Of a stretch of DNA of 64,000 nt, positions 27,895 to 37,504 are shown piece by piece (the stretch's first letter is position 1; the number at the start of each line of letters is the position of its first letter). The stretch covers positions 17,519-81,518 of the forward strand of contig CAZCCH010000002.1 of assembly GCA_964497315.1 (NCBI GenBank). The letters run 5' to 3'. The position numbers and the translations under genes were made by a program. Origin of the DNA: an uncultured Planctomycetia bacterium (GTDB lineage: Bacteria; Omnitrophota; Gorgyraeia; Taenaricolales; CAZCCH01). The notes under the pieces were generated by a model that was not told the origin of the DNA, did not search any database, and saw only the letters and a program-made list of their open reading frames with translations.

Positions 27895-28850
27895 TTCTTC
27901 CTTCTTACCCTATTAAAACCTGAACAGGTAATAATATCCAAAGTTGTCTTTTTTTGCAGTTGGTCTAAAAATAAATTTAACCCAAGCGCATCACTTGAGA
28001 TATGACCTGCTATCACAACATTAATATGCTCTCTATTAACACTTTTAAAATGACCCTCACTTAAATGCATCGCAACAATTGTATCAATACCTGCCTGGGA
28101 AAGCCTTGCAAATACATCCTTTGAACCTTCAGTGCCTCCGGTCATATCTACAAATATCTTACCTGCCTTATTTTTTTCATTGCCTGCAATAACCTTAGGT
28201 CCTGACTTTTGTAAAATGGCAGATTTATATTCTGGAATTGCCTCTAAGATACGCAGTATATCTCCCACTTTCTTTGGCCTTTTAGTATCCATTAGTTTCT
28301 GAATGTAGTTATTTACAAAATTATCCGTTGGAGTATGCATGCAAATAAGAGGAATCCCCAAAAGTCTAGCTGCATCAACGGGACGCTCGAAATTACCAGG
28401 GGAAACTTTTCTTTCTACCTCTTTTATTCTCTCCTTCATTAAAGACTCTGCTACATCCTTTGTTATGCCGTGTGCTTTTAATACCTCTGTTTGCATATCC
28501 ATAACTTCATAAAACCCTGCCCGTGCCTTGCCAATTGGATGGTGAGATATAATCAAATCTATTTTTTTCCCTGCCTGCTTCAATCTATCTGCTAAAAGAA
28601 TTTCAGAGACCTCTATGTCAATTCCAACCATGCAAGCTTCTATGCGTGTTTGTTTTTTCCCGTGCAAAATCCTAGTGTCGCTATAAGGATTAGTTAAATT
28701 TTCTTTGTCGAAATTTTGTTTTTGTTTCTTTGTGAGTTTTGCGAAAGATTTTCTTTGTTGGTTTAAATATTTTTGGACTCTTTTCTTTCCTCTTGGATCT
28801 TTTTCTATACCTAATCTTATAGCCAATTTATAAATCTCATTTAATGTCAA
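27891..28850 (-). CDS. NIF3-like metal-binding protein
   Basis: GID, ISHHP, HTPTDN, MHLSE, AGHISSD motifs; GGAGG SD before TTG start. Confidence 0.85.
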   Translation of the reverse strand: MTLNEIYKLAIRLGIEKDPRGKKRVQKYLNQQRKSFAKLTKKQKQNFDKENLTNPYSDTRILHGKKQTRIEACMVGIDIEVSEILLADRLKQAGKKIDLIISHHPIGKARAGFYEVMDMQTEVLKAHGITKDVAESLMKERIKEVERKVSPGNFERPVDAARLLGIPLICMHTPTDNFVNNYIQKLMDTKRPKKVGDILRILEAIPEYKSAILQKSGPKVIAGNEKNKAGKIFVDMTGGTEGSKDVFARLSQAGIDTIVAMHLSEGHFKSVNREHINVVIAGHISSDALGLNLFLDQLQKKTTLDIITCSGFNRVRRKK

Positions 28851-28929
28851 CGATTACCTCCTTTTGCTTTGAAAACACCTCAAGAAATGCACGGTAAGAT
28901 CTTTTAGGATGAATGAAGTCTAACCAATA

Positions 28930-29427
28930 CTATAAATTGAGACCTTCTGGCTGAATCCTGTTAATTAAAGAATACAGATTTGAAGAAAATTTTACAAAAT
29001 AACGACCTGAAAAAGATTTTAGCTCAATGGACTCTGAAATATATTCAGAGGGTATCTGCTGCAATAAGACAACAATAAAACTTGCTATAATAGCTCCTTT
29101 AAGTAAACCGCAGACTGCTCCACCTATGCTATCAAAATTGGCTGTAAAACTAAGCTGCATTACCTTGCGTGTAAACGAACCCAATACTTTAAATAATGCT
29201 ATACCTAATAGTAATATAACTATAAAACAAACGGCATTTGAGATAGGCTGAGGTATTGAGGTATTAAGTGTTAATATATCACCTAATCGCTCATAATAAT
29301 AAAAAGAGGCAAATCCAGAAACTATCAGGCCTAAAAACCTAAATAGCTCCATGGAAAGGCCTCTTCTAAAACCAATATAACTACTTCTAATCAAAACTAT
29401 TAGGGCGATTAAATCAAACCAATTCAT
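28930..29427 (-). CDS. cvpA: CvpA (colicin V production) family membrane protein
   Basis: MNWFD...GFRRGL..E and DSIGGAVCGLLKG; promoter TTGACA-17-TATACT at 29466-29494. Confidence 0.88.
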   Translation of the reverse strand: MNWFDLIALIVLIRSSYIGFRRGLSMELFRFLGLIVSGFASFYYYERLGDILTLNTSIPQPISNAVCFIVILLLGIALFKVLGSFTRKVMQLSFTANFDSIGGAVCGLLKGAIIASFIVVLLQQIPSEYISESIELKSFSGRYFVKFSSNLYSLINRIQPEGLNL

Positions 29428-29593
29428 GGACTTTTTAAATTTTTTTAATTACGAAAATCGCCAAGAGTATATCATATAAAATACTATTTGTCAAGGGCAC
29501 CACTAATAAAAAAAGCATACCTTTCATACATAAAGCTGTGCGTTTCTTCGTACTGGGGTATGCCACATTGCAAAAATAAAAAGATGTGGTTTT

Positions 29594-29698
29594 TTACTTA
29601 GCTAAAGGCGAATCATCAGTTTTACACTGAAGTTTTCGTCTATAGGCCAGTACCCCCATAAGGGCAACTATTAAAACTACTCTAAGTAGACCTATCAT
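29594..29698 (-). CDS. Unannotated 34-aa membrane peptide MIGLLRVVLIVALMGVLAYRRKLQCKTDDSPLAK
   Basis: AGGAGG SD shortly upstream of ATG; dedicated promoter TTGACA-17-TATACT with extended TG (29759-29787); one TM helix followed by RRK. Confidence 0.7.
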   Translation of the reverse strand: MIGLLRVVLIVALMGVLAYRRKLQCKTDDSPLAK

Positions 29699-29851
29699 GT
29701 TACTACCCTCCTACTTATATAACGCTCGTTTTTGTAAAATATTACATTTTACATTAATAGTATAGCACAAAAAACGCAAAATGTCAAGGTTTGAAAACTT
29801 AATTTTTGTTTAACTAACGTATTATAACTACTTATAAAACATAGAGTTACA

Positions 29852-31774
29852 TTATTCAAATGATATGAGTAATTTTATTTTCTGTTCTGACTGATCTATT
29901 TGTTCTGAAAAGGCAAAAAATGGGGCAGACTCTTCAATGCATTGCAAGGCAAGATCCCCTGCAAGTGTATTATCTTCTTTGATAATTACAGGCTTTTCCT
30001 TTAGGTTTCCATCAGGCTCAATTACAAAAGACAATAATACTTCACCTTTTGTTGTTGAGTCTGAATAGTTTTTTCTCAATGTATGAAAGATCTTTTTCCT
30101 TACAGAAGTACAATAATCCGGTTGCTGTAATTTTGCTAATGTAGATTCTAAAAGCGCCTCCCTTCCTCCTTTGACAGGTGCTTGGGCAGGTGTTTTCTTG
30201 GAAGGCTTCTTTTTATCCTTAGACCTAACAAGGCTACGAATACCTCCATTGATACTAGCTTCTTTTTCAGTTAGAGGAATACCTGTTAAAGATTTATCAC
30301 CAGTTATAACATGTGGTGTAAGAAGTATGACTACTTCCTTTTTTGTCTTTGTGTCATCTATGCTTTGAAACATTTTTCCCAACACTGGTATATTAGATAA
30401 AAAAGGAATTCTTTTGGTAGTTTTGTCTTGTTTATCCTTAATCAATCCTGCGATTATTATGCTATTGCCATCTTTGACTAGGACAGTAGTCTCCGCCTCT
30501 GTAGTTGAAACAACAGGAATTTGATTGCCTTCTGCAGTAGTATAGGGAGTACCTGTAGAGCTAACCTCCGGCCTTATCTTCATTGTAACAAAACCCTCTT
30601 CATTTATTGTTGGGGTAACATAGAGTTTTACACCTACATCAACAAATGTCACCTCTTCAGCTGTGGTGGTGGCCTCGTCGCTGGAGACCACAGACTTTGT
30701 AGCGTAAGGTTCTCTTGTACCTATCAATATCTTTGATTCCTGATTATTTACTGCTGTTATCTTTGGAGCAGACAAAGTATTAACATCGCCTATCGTGCTA
30801 AGCAATTCTAAAAACGCAGAATACTCATCTTCAGCGCCTGCTGTGGTACCGCCAGTCATGGTCCCCACCTTTAACACGCCGCTCTTACTTAAATCCAGGC
30901 TTAACTCTTGCCTGAAACTAACATACTTTGTAACGAAATAATCCCAGTCAATGCCCATCTGGAAGCGATCTGATAAATTGACCTCTAAAATTTTTGCTTC
31001 AATAAGTACCTGTAGATCTTTCTGGTCAATTTCTTTTAGGACACTTGCAATCTCTTCTAATTTTACTGGGGTATCTTTTACTACAATCTTATTTGTACGC
31101 TCATCAATGCTGGCATCTCCTAAGTTTTTGGTAAGCATCTCTGTTACCTTAGACAAAATATCTTCTGCCTTTGAATATTTTAAGGTAAATACCTTTGTTT
31201 GAGTCAATATGTCTATTTGGCTTAAAATCTGTTCCATTTCGGCTATCCTAGAGGGCACATCATCTATCATAATGGTATTTGATGCTTCATCTGCCACTAC
31301 TCTTCCTAAGTCAGTCTTAATTTGGCTAAGGGCCTTGCTGGCATCTACTGCGCTTGCATGTTTAAGTTTTATAATCTTAAGTTGCTTTTTACTATGGAAG
31401 CGTTCCCCATATAAAAGCTCATAGTCTCTATCTGTCATTACGTTTATTATGTTACCCCTTTTTTCATATGCAAGGCTGTTAGCAGCTAGAATAAGCTCTA
31501 AGGCATCCCATACATCCACATCCTTTAAAAATATTGTTACCCGCCCTGTAACATTTCTACCTGCTACTATGTTTAGGCCACTTTTCATAGAGATAATCTT
31601 TAAGACATCCAAGATGTCCATTCCCTTTATATCTAGTGAGATCTTCACTTCTGAAACCGGCCTTGTCTGTTTGGGTAGAGGAATCACCTCTTGAGAAAAG
31701 GCTACATTAGCCATAAAGGTAAATATTACAATGCAAATTGTTATTTTAATATTCCACTTATTCATTTCATCCAC
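29852..31774 (-). CDS. Secretin (GspD/PilQ family) with C-terminal TonB_C-like domain
   Basis: Signal peptide, STN/N domains, QVLIEAKILEV, VGVKLYVTPTI, IPFLSNIPVLGKMF; extra tail GEVLLSFVIEPDG...IEESAPF. Confidence 0.9.
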   Translation of the reverse strand: MDEMNKWNIKITICIVIFTFMANVAFSQEVIPLPKQTRPVSEVKISLDIKGMDILDVLKIISMKSGLNIVAGRNVTGRVTIFLKDVDVWDALELILAANSLAYEKRGNIINVMTDRDYELLYGERFHSKKQLKIIKLKHASAVDASKALSQIKTDLGRVVADEASNTIMIDDVPSRIAEMEQILSQIDILTQTKVFTLKYSKAEDILSKVTEMLTKNLGDASIDERTNKIVVKDTPVKLEEIASVLKEIDQKDLQVLIEAKILEVNLSDRFQMGIDWDYFVTKYVSFRQELSLDLSKSGVLKVGTMTGGTTAGAEDEYSAFLELLSTIGDVNTLSAPKITAVNNQESKILIGTREPYATKSVVSSDEATTTAEEVTFVDVGVKLYVTPTINEEGFVTMKIRPEVSSTGTPYTTAEGNQIPVVSTTEAETTVLVKDGNSIIIAGLIKDKQDKTTKRIPFLSNIPVLGKMFQSIDDTKTKKEVVILLTPHVITGDKSLTGIPLTEKEASINGGIRSLVRSKDKKKPSKKTPAQAPVKGGREALLESTLAKLQQPDYCTSVRKKIFHTLRKNYSDSTTKGEVLLSFVIEPDGNLKEKPVIIKEDNTLAGDLALQCIEESAPFFAFSEQIDQSEQKIKLLISFE

Positions 31775-31799
31775 CCCCTTGAAAAACTATAAATCTTTT

Positions 31800-32495
31800 T
31801 TATAATGACAAAAATATACTTTGATCCTCAAAGGTAAGTTTAACCCTACCATTTGCTATTTCCTCAACAGTCATATCATTAATGCTATCACCTACTTGTA
31901 AGAAAAAACTCTTATTCGTCTTTGAATCTTCAATTATAGCCTGCTGTGGTTCATCTGTCATAATACCTAGTAGTTTTAAATCTTTAGATAAATCTCCGAT
32001 TTTTATCTTTGGTTCTGTCTTTACTTGCTTGGGTCTTTCTGCAATTAAGGGTTTAAAAAGTTGCCTTGCCTTAATCTGTTCTGAATAATAGCTAAAAGGC
32101 TTCTTCTCTGTTATTAAAGTATCTGTATGTTTAGAGAAATCGGATATTCTCCTTGTTACTAATCCTTCCTGGGTTGTAACCTCCGAAACAGCTGCGAGGT
32201 TTTCCTTTTTAGACTTTGAAAAACGAGCATGGTTTATTGCCAAGCTCAGCAGTGTAATTGCAAACATAATACAGAATGCAACCAATAGTATTTTGTTTGT
32301 AAAAAGATGCCAATCAAAATTTTCTGGGAGTTTTTCAATTCTTGCCGCTTTTTTAGGTGGGCTTTTTTGTTTTTGTTCAGGCTGTGGCTTTGGTTTTGGT
32401 TTAGCAGCTTGGGTTTCTTTAGCCTTGCCTGCAGCTGCCTTTGAACCTTTTATTAATCTCAATAATTTTTCTTCAGGGCTTAAGCTTCTTTCCAT
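31800..32495 (-). CDS. GspC/PilP-like bitopic T2SS protein
   Basis: TM segment then LKLLGI...AIIED...FLQVGDSI...VEEI...VKL HR-domain pattern; lies before the secretin. Confidence 0.7.
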   Translation of the reverse strand: MERSLSPEEKLLRLIKGSKAAAGKAKETQAAKPKPKPQPEQKQKSPPKKAARIEKLPENFDWHLFTNKILLVAFCIMFAITLLSLAINHARFSKSKKENLAAVSEVTTQEGLVTRRISDFSKHTDTLITEKKPFSYYSEQIKARQLFKPLIAERPKQVKTEPKIKIGDLSKDLKLLGIMTDEPQQAIIEDSKTNKSFFLQVGDSINDMTVEEIANGRVKLTFEDQSIFLSL

Positions 32496-32516
32496 TTTTG
32501 TATTCTGCCTTTTTGT

Positions 32517-33383
32517 TTAATCTGGTTGGGTCATGACTATGCGTTTATATTGATCTTGATCCCAACCTTGTTTTAACTCTTCTACTATTAAATCTGAAAT
32601 TATCTTCTCATCTACAAAATCCTGTCCTTTCATTACTATTGTCTCAAGGGCATTATGACAAAGTATTGATATCCTGCGCGGATAACCCTGGGTATGTCTG
32701 TATATGAGTTTTACTGCACTCTCTGAGAAAAGTTGCTGACTGCTTCCATAACCTGCCTGGCGCAATCTAAAATTTATCATTTCCTTTGTTTCGTTTTCAT
32801 CTAAAGGATTTATAATATACTTTAGGCTAATTCTATCTACAAAGTTCCTTATCTTTCTAATCCTTGGAAACAGTTCCATCTGAGCCATAAGGACTAACTG
32901 AAGAAGTTTATATTCATTAGTCTCATAGTTAAGTAGGGTCCTTAATGCTTCCAACATAGACGGTTTTAGTTTCTGACCTTCATCAATTAATAACACTATA
33001 GTTTTATTTTCATCAACGCCTTTTTGGAATAGATGCCTTTCTATAGCTTCTTTATAATCTAGGGTTGACCTGTATAAGGGTGTTACCCCAAACATCCTTG
33101 CTAGGCTTGACCAAAATTGGAATTCAGACTTATAGCTGGGATCTAAAATCATATGAAATACAAAATCAGGTTCGCTGTTGAATGCCTGCAGGAGCCTTCT
33201 GGAGAGAGTAGTCTTACCTGTACCAACGTCTCCTAATACAACATTTAAGCCTCTTCTAAGTCTTATTGAGATTTCCAACCTATGGAGTGCGGAATCATGT
33301 CCTGAGGAACGATAGAAAAATTCAGGGTCAGGACTTGTAGAAAAAGGTTCTTTTTCTAGGTTTAATATTTTATAGTAGCTCAT
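32517..33383 (-). CDS. ExeA/GspA-type AAA ATPase
   Basis: PFSTSPDPEFFY, GDVGTGKTT, LLIDEGQ, GYPRRI. Confidence 0.92.
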   Translation of the reverse strand: MSYYKILNLEKEPFSTSPDPEFFYRSSGHDSALHRLEISIRLRRGLNVVLGDVGTGKTTLSRRLLQAFNSEPDFVFHMILDPSYKSEFQFWSSLARMFGVTPLYRSTLDYKEAIERHLFQKGVDENKTIVLLIDEGQKLKPSMLEALRTLLNYETNEYKLLQLVLMAQMELFPRIRKIRNFVDRISLKYIINPLDENETKEMINFRLRQAGYGSSQQLFSESAVKLIYRHTQGYPRRISILCHNALETIVMKGQDFVDEKIISDLIVEELKQGWDQDQYKRIVMTQPD

Positions 33384-33603
33384 TCTTTAAGGTCTCTTTT
33401 ATCTCTTTAATGGATTTCTTCTCCAGTCTTAATTTTCTTATCTTCTTAAGTAATTCCACAGTGGCATCATCAAAATATCTAAAATTAGTCTCATTGCTTC
33501 TTCCGATTTCTTTAATCAAACCTATTTTTAAGTAATACTTTAGTGTATATATAGAGTATCCAGTAAGTCCTGCTAAATCCTTAATTAGATAAATGTTTCG
33601 CAT
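33370..33603 (-). CDS. Short MerR-type HTH protein
   Basis: YLIKDLAGLTGYSIYTLKYYLKIGLI...NFRYF; no effector domain. Confidence 0.85.
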   Translation of the reverse strand: MRNIYLIKDLAGLTGYSIYTLKYYLKIGLIKEIGRSNETNFRYFDDATVELLKKIRKLRLEKKSIKEIKETLKNELL

Positions 33604-33618
33604 AGGCTCTTATTCCTG

Positions 33619-33667
33619 TACTCTCTAAGTAGATAGTATATAATTATTCTGCTCTCTATGTAGAGAG
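33619..33667. promoter_or_regulatory. Two palindromic operator-like sites CTCTCTA-NN-TAGA[G/T]AG
   Basis: TACTCTCTAAGTAGATAGTA (33619-33638) and CTCTCTATGTAGAGAG (33652-33667), centres 31 bp apart. Confidence 0.65.
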
Positions 33668-33680
33668 TGAACTATATTCA

Positions 33681-33709
33681 AATATAGCAAATTCCTTAGT
33701 AATTGTCAA
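33681..33709 (-). promoter_or_regulatory. Sigma70 promoter of the merR-exeA-gspC-secretin unit
   Basis: TTGACA-17-TATATT with extended TG. Confidence 0.72.
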
Positions 33710-33763
33710 GTAAAATTTCATAATGAGGTGATTTAAAAGGGGTTAGAAAAATGGAAGGTATTC

Positions 33764-34300
33764 TTAATCAAGGGTAATTTTATTTGCAAGGAGGGTAACT
33801 TTAAGCGAGTCCTTTGTTCCGCTTTTGGCATTTAACTCTAAAAATTCCACTCTAAGTATCTGCTTAGAGTGCTGCAATTTATAAAGAAATTCTACTAGCT
33901 TTTCAATAGAACCCTGAGAATCTATCTCAACTGTATACTTTTTGTAAAAGGCTGACTTTGTCACAGGCAGGGGTTTCATACCAAGAATATGTACATTTGC
34001 TCCTCTTGCGAGGGTTTCGATTTCGCTAAAGAGCTTGGCCATCTGTTCTTCCTGAGAACCCCCCTCTGCTGCCATTATCGCAGAAAGCCCTTGGAATCTT
34101 TGGGTTATCTCCTCTTTCTGTCTTAACAGCCTTAAGCCTTTCTCTAAACTCAATCTTTTTACAGTGACTTCTTTGTTTACCTGTCTCCACTGTGTTATTA
34201 TCGGTTCCAAAATGAAGGCATAAACCAAACTAGTAAACAATAATGCTACAGTACATATAAGTATTAACCGTTCTCTTTTTGAAAGTGTTGGAATCATCAT
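33764..34300 (-). CDS. GspM/PilO-like inner membrane platform protein
   Basis: LSKRER, TM, coiled coil, ferredoxin-like C-terminus. Confidence 0.78.
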   Translation of the reverse strand: MMIPTLSKRERLILICTVALLFTSLVYAFILEPIITQWRQVNKEVTVKRLSLEKGLRLLRQKEEITQRFQGLSAIMAAEGGSQEEQMAKLFSEIETLARGANVHILGMKPLPVTKSAFYKKYTVEIDSQGSIEKLVEFLYKLQHSKQILRVEFLELNAKSGTKDSLKVTLLANKITLD

Positions 34301-34326
34301 GGTTAATGATCTCTTTGCATGACTTG

Positions 34327-35805
34327 TTATTTAGTCAAAGGGCAATTAATCTGAAAATCAGTAATTTCCTCTGCCTCTACTCTCCTCTTATTGGCATAAC
34401 GCAATTTTACTTTTTGAAAATGTGCTGATTTTTCTAAAATAGTTACAAATTTAAAAACATCTGACATAGTTTTTGAAGCACCCCTTAAGGTAACAGACTT
34501 TCCTTCCTCAAAGCTAAACTTCCCTAATGAAATCTCAGGAGGAACTATTTTATATAATTCAGCTAATATCTCAAGGCATGTCCCTTCTGGCCCTAGTCTA
34601 TGTTCTATCAATTTTACTCTTTCCTGCATTTTCTCTATGCGTTTGGCGACGGGTGCAACCTTTTTTAAACTATCCTTGAGACTTCCAAGTTCTAGTTTTC
34701 TGTAATAAAAACTGCTAAATAAACTGATTAATAAAAAGGTTAAGACTAAACCTGACAATACAGCTGTCCTGATAAATTTTAAACGTAAATCTGCTATTGC
34801 CTTCTTATCTTTTATAGCCTTTGGCAAAAGGTCAATGCTTAAATTATCATCTAAGGCACACCCTAAAGCAAAAGAAAGTGAAAATTCTGATGATTTCAAG
34901 CTATTGCTATCTGTTTGTGCTCTTTGGGAAACAGAAAGATTTTGTAAAGGAGCTAAAATTTCTACAGGCCGGCTGAGTTCCTTTAAAAAGACGTCCTTCA
35001 GTGAGTTAAGAAAAGCATTTGCTCCTGTTAGAAATATCTTTGTTGTGGAGGTATCAGTATCGTGTTGCTTTTCATAAGCAGTTAAAGTCCTTAATACCTC
35101 CTCTTTTAAATCCCTCTGCCAGTTTTCCAATGGTCTATGAGGTCCTACTGATATAGACCTACTCATCACAAGACTGGCTGCCTCAAAAATTCCTATCTCA
35201 CAAGATAGTGAATCTATGTTAAGTAAGACTATTGTTTCGTTTCTTAAGGAAAGTTTTTGTTTTTTTCCAACCTGCATGAACCAATGCCATAAGGTTTCCG
35301 AACTAATCCTTACTGCCTCTGGAATTAAATCTGCATTTTTTAATATCTCAAGATGCCTTGTTACAACATCCTGATGGACCATGACTAATAATAAATCAGA
35401 AAAACCTTTTTCATCTGAGGCTATCATTCTAAAATCTGTTATTATTTCTTCTTTCGGAAAAGGTAATTGTCTGGCTGCCTGGATGTTAATCATGCCTTCT
35501 ATTTCTGACTCTTCTGTGGAGGGTAACTTTAAAAATCTTACAGTAGCTGCATACCTGGGTATAAAGGTAATGCAATAACGAGTATCTATATTATTTTCCT
35601 TTATGAGTTCTTTAAGGATATCGGAAATCTGTTTATCTTGCGAGGTCTTTGTTGCCTCATCTTCTGTTGTGCGTGGTATCTTTTTAACTATAAATCTTTT
35701 TATAACCTTCTGAGTGGAGAAATGTTCTACTTCAATTATCCTTACCCATTCACCTGAGATATCGATACCTGTTACTATTTTTTTTGCACTAATATTAAAA
35801 TTCAC
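34327..35805 (-). CDS. GspL-like (PilM-PilN fused) protein
   Basis: GIDIS actin-like N-domain, IDLLP + TM + PilN-like C-domain. Confidence 0.8.
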   Translation of the reverse strand: MNFNISAKKIVTGIDISGEWVRIIEVEHFSTQKVIKRFIVKKIPRTTEDEATKTSQDKQISDILKELIKENNIDTRYCITFIPRYAATVRFLKLPSTEESEIEGMINIQAARQLPFPKEEIITDFRMIASDEKGFSDLLLVMVHQDVVTRHLEILKNADLIPEAVRISSETLWHWFMQVGKKQKLSLRNETIVLLNIDSLSCEIGIFEAASLVMSRSISVGPHRPLENWQRDLKEEVLRTLTAYEKQHDTDTSTTKIFLTGANAFLNSLKDVFLKELSRPVEILAPLQNLSVSQRAQTDSNSLKSSEFSLSFALGCALDDNLSIDLLPKAIKDKKAIADLRLKFIRTAVLSGLVLTFLLISLFSSFYYRKLELGSLKDSLKKVAPVAKRIEKMQERVKLIEHRLGPEGTCLEILAELYKIVPPEISLGKFSFEEGKSVTLRGASKTMSDVFKFVTILEKSAHFQKVKLRYANKRRVEAEEITDFQINCPLTK

Positions 35806-35807
35806 TT

Positions 35808-36896
35808 TTATTGCTCCTGCCAGGCTAGTACTTTATACTCACCTTCTTTATCAAACTCTAATACAGCCATTATTTGCTTAAGGGCTCTATCTACCTCAGC
35901 GCGTGCTTCTACCCTGAATGTATCTGATGCTACATCTAACAAGGTTTTTCCTTTATCCCTTAATGCTTGAAGTCTTTGCCATTCAATTGAGGTGGCACCG
36001 AGGTATGGATCAGGTGTCCATTTTTCATCAAGATTTTTGGTTTCAATTATACCTTCTCCCTGCGAGTCCAATATAACCTCTGTGCCTTTTATGAACCATC
36101 TATCATCGCTAGTACCTACTTCTCCATCATTTCCGGTTCTATATTTCACTATTTTTTCAGCTAATTCCGGTAAAGCTTCTCCTATAGCAGCAGATAGAAC
36201 CTCCTCTGGTGCTGTATTTATATTAAGTTTTCCATCTCCGTAGACAGTTATAAAATTAGCAATGTCAGATAAAATCTCCTCACTTACTCCTCTAACTAAG
36301 AGAAGCTCTTCGATGCAGTCAAATGGTGCATTTTTGCAGCTATAAGCAACATCCTGGCTCTGATAATATATATCCTCCGCACCAAAGGAAACTTTTGTAT
36401 CAGGATCAGAACTAACCTGACTATCCTCATCCCGCCAGTCAATGATACTTGCTGCTATTTGCTTTGCTTCTAGTTCTGATGTTCCCTTTACTTTTAAAAA
36501 AGCCTCAAGCAGCTTAAAATCAGCCTTGTTTATATTTATTTTTGATTTTTCATCCATCAAGCCATATAGGGTAACAAATTCCTGTTGCCCTAAAACATCA
36601 TAGCTTACTGTAAATTTCCCTGCACCAAGAGAAAAATCTTTCAATTGTTCGTTATTCGCCCAGGATTCATTTAATGCATCTACTTGGTAAGAAACTTTTT
36701 CTTTTAATTCTTTTTGTTTTTCAAAGGCAGCTCTTTTTAAAGCTGCCTTTGCCAGATTAAATGCTTTTAACCTATCAGAATGAAATCCGGAAATCTTAAC
36801 ATCCATAGATATGCGTTGACCTAAACTCACAGCAAATATAGTTAAGATCGAAAGTATCCAAAGTGATACGATTAAAATAGATCCTCTCTGTCTCAT
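35808..36896 (-). CDS. gspK: T2SS minor pseudopilin GspK
   Basis: RGSILIVSLW leader, KININKA, IIDWRD, EELLLVRG, LNINTA. Confidence 0.9.
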   Translation of the reverse strand: MRQRGSILIVSLWILSILTIFAVSLGQRISMDVKISGFHSDRLKAFNLAKAALKRAAFEKQKELKEKVSYQVDALNESWANNEQLKDFSLGAGKFTVSYDVLGQQEFVTLYGLMDEKSKININKADFKLLEAFLKVKGTSELEAKQIAASIIDWRDEDSQVSSDPDTKVSFGAEDIYYQSQDVAYSCKNAPFDCIEELLLVRGVSEEILSDIANFITVYGDGKLNINTAPEEVLSAAIGEALPELAEKIVKYRTGNDGEVGTSDDRWFIKGTEVILDSQGEGIIETKNLDEKWTPDPYLGATSIEWQRLQALRDKGKTLLDVASDTFRVEARAEVDRALKQIMAVLEFDKEGEYKVLAWQEQ

Positions 36897-37504
36897 GTCT
36901 CTTGACTCACCTCTTCTGCGCCAATAACACCTGTTGGTATTATAACATATTTTGTAAATGTAACATCAGGCTTTAAAATAATTGTTATCCTAACACCCTT
37001 TGGGGCCTTTTCTTTAGGAAGCCATGCTCCCTGCCAAAAGAAGCTACCTTCAACATCTTCGCTCTTATAGCGGTATTCCAAATTTAAGCTCTTTACATTT
37101 TGAATTAGTTCTTCTGACGCACTCTCTGTGCCGCCCTCACCTAGCAAGGCCTTCAAATCTTTTTGATGTCTCATTAATTTATCATCTTCTAAATAATATC
37201 TGACTTTATAAATATTTCCAAACGCTGATTTTTTCTGTAGCGGGGGGCTTGCAAGCAAAACAAATCCCATTTCTTTGGCTTGGCCTTCAAAAATCCATTT
37301 ATCACTTGCTAGGCTATTGCGCAATTCGTTAGCCATCAATTCAAGCGTTACTCGCGCATCTTGATAAAGGCAGCTTGAGCTTTCAGTCTTTTTCCATGCT
37401 AGCATGCCTGTCGTAAAACACGAATAAACAGCTATGGCCACCACTGAAAAAATAACTACGGCAATACACAGTTCTATAAAAGTAAACCCTTTTCTGTTTT
37501 TCAT
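36893..37504 (-). CDS. gspJ: T2SS minor pseudopilin GspJ-like
   Basis: GFTFIE prepilin motif; order H-I-J-K. Confidence 0.75.
   Translation of the reverse strand: MKNRKGFTFIELCIAVVIFSVVAIAVYSCFTTGMLAWKKTESSSCLYQDARVTLELMANELRNSLASDKWIFEGQAKEMGFVLLASPPLQKKSAFGNIYKVRYYLEDDKLMRHQKDLKALLGEGGTESASEELIQNVKSLNLEYRYKSEDVEGSFFWQGAWLPKEKAPKGVRITIILKPDVTFTKYVIIPTGVIGAEEVSQET

Noticed and set aside
29500-29700. c-di-GMP or other riboswitch between the secretin gene and cvpA
   Set aside because: No GEMM-type consensus seen; the region is better explained by the small ORF and its 3' structure
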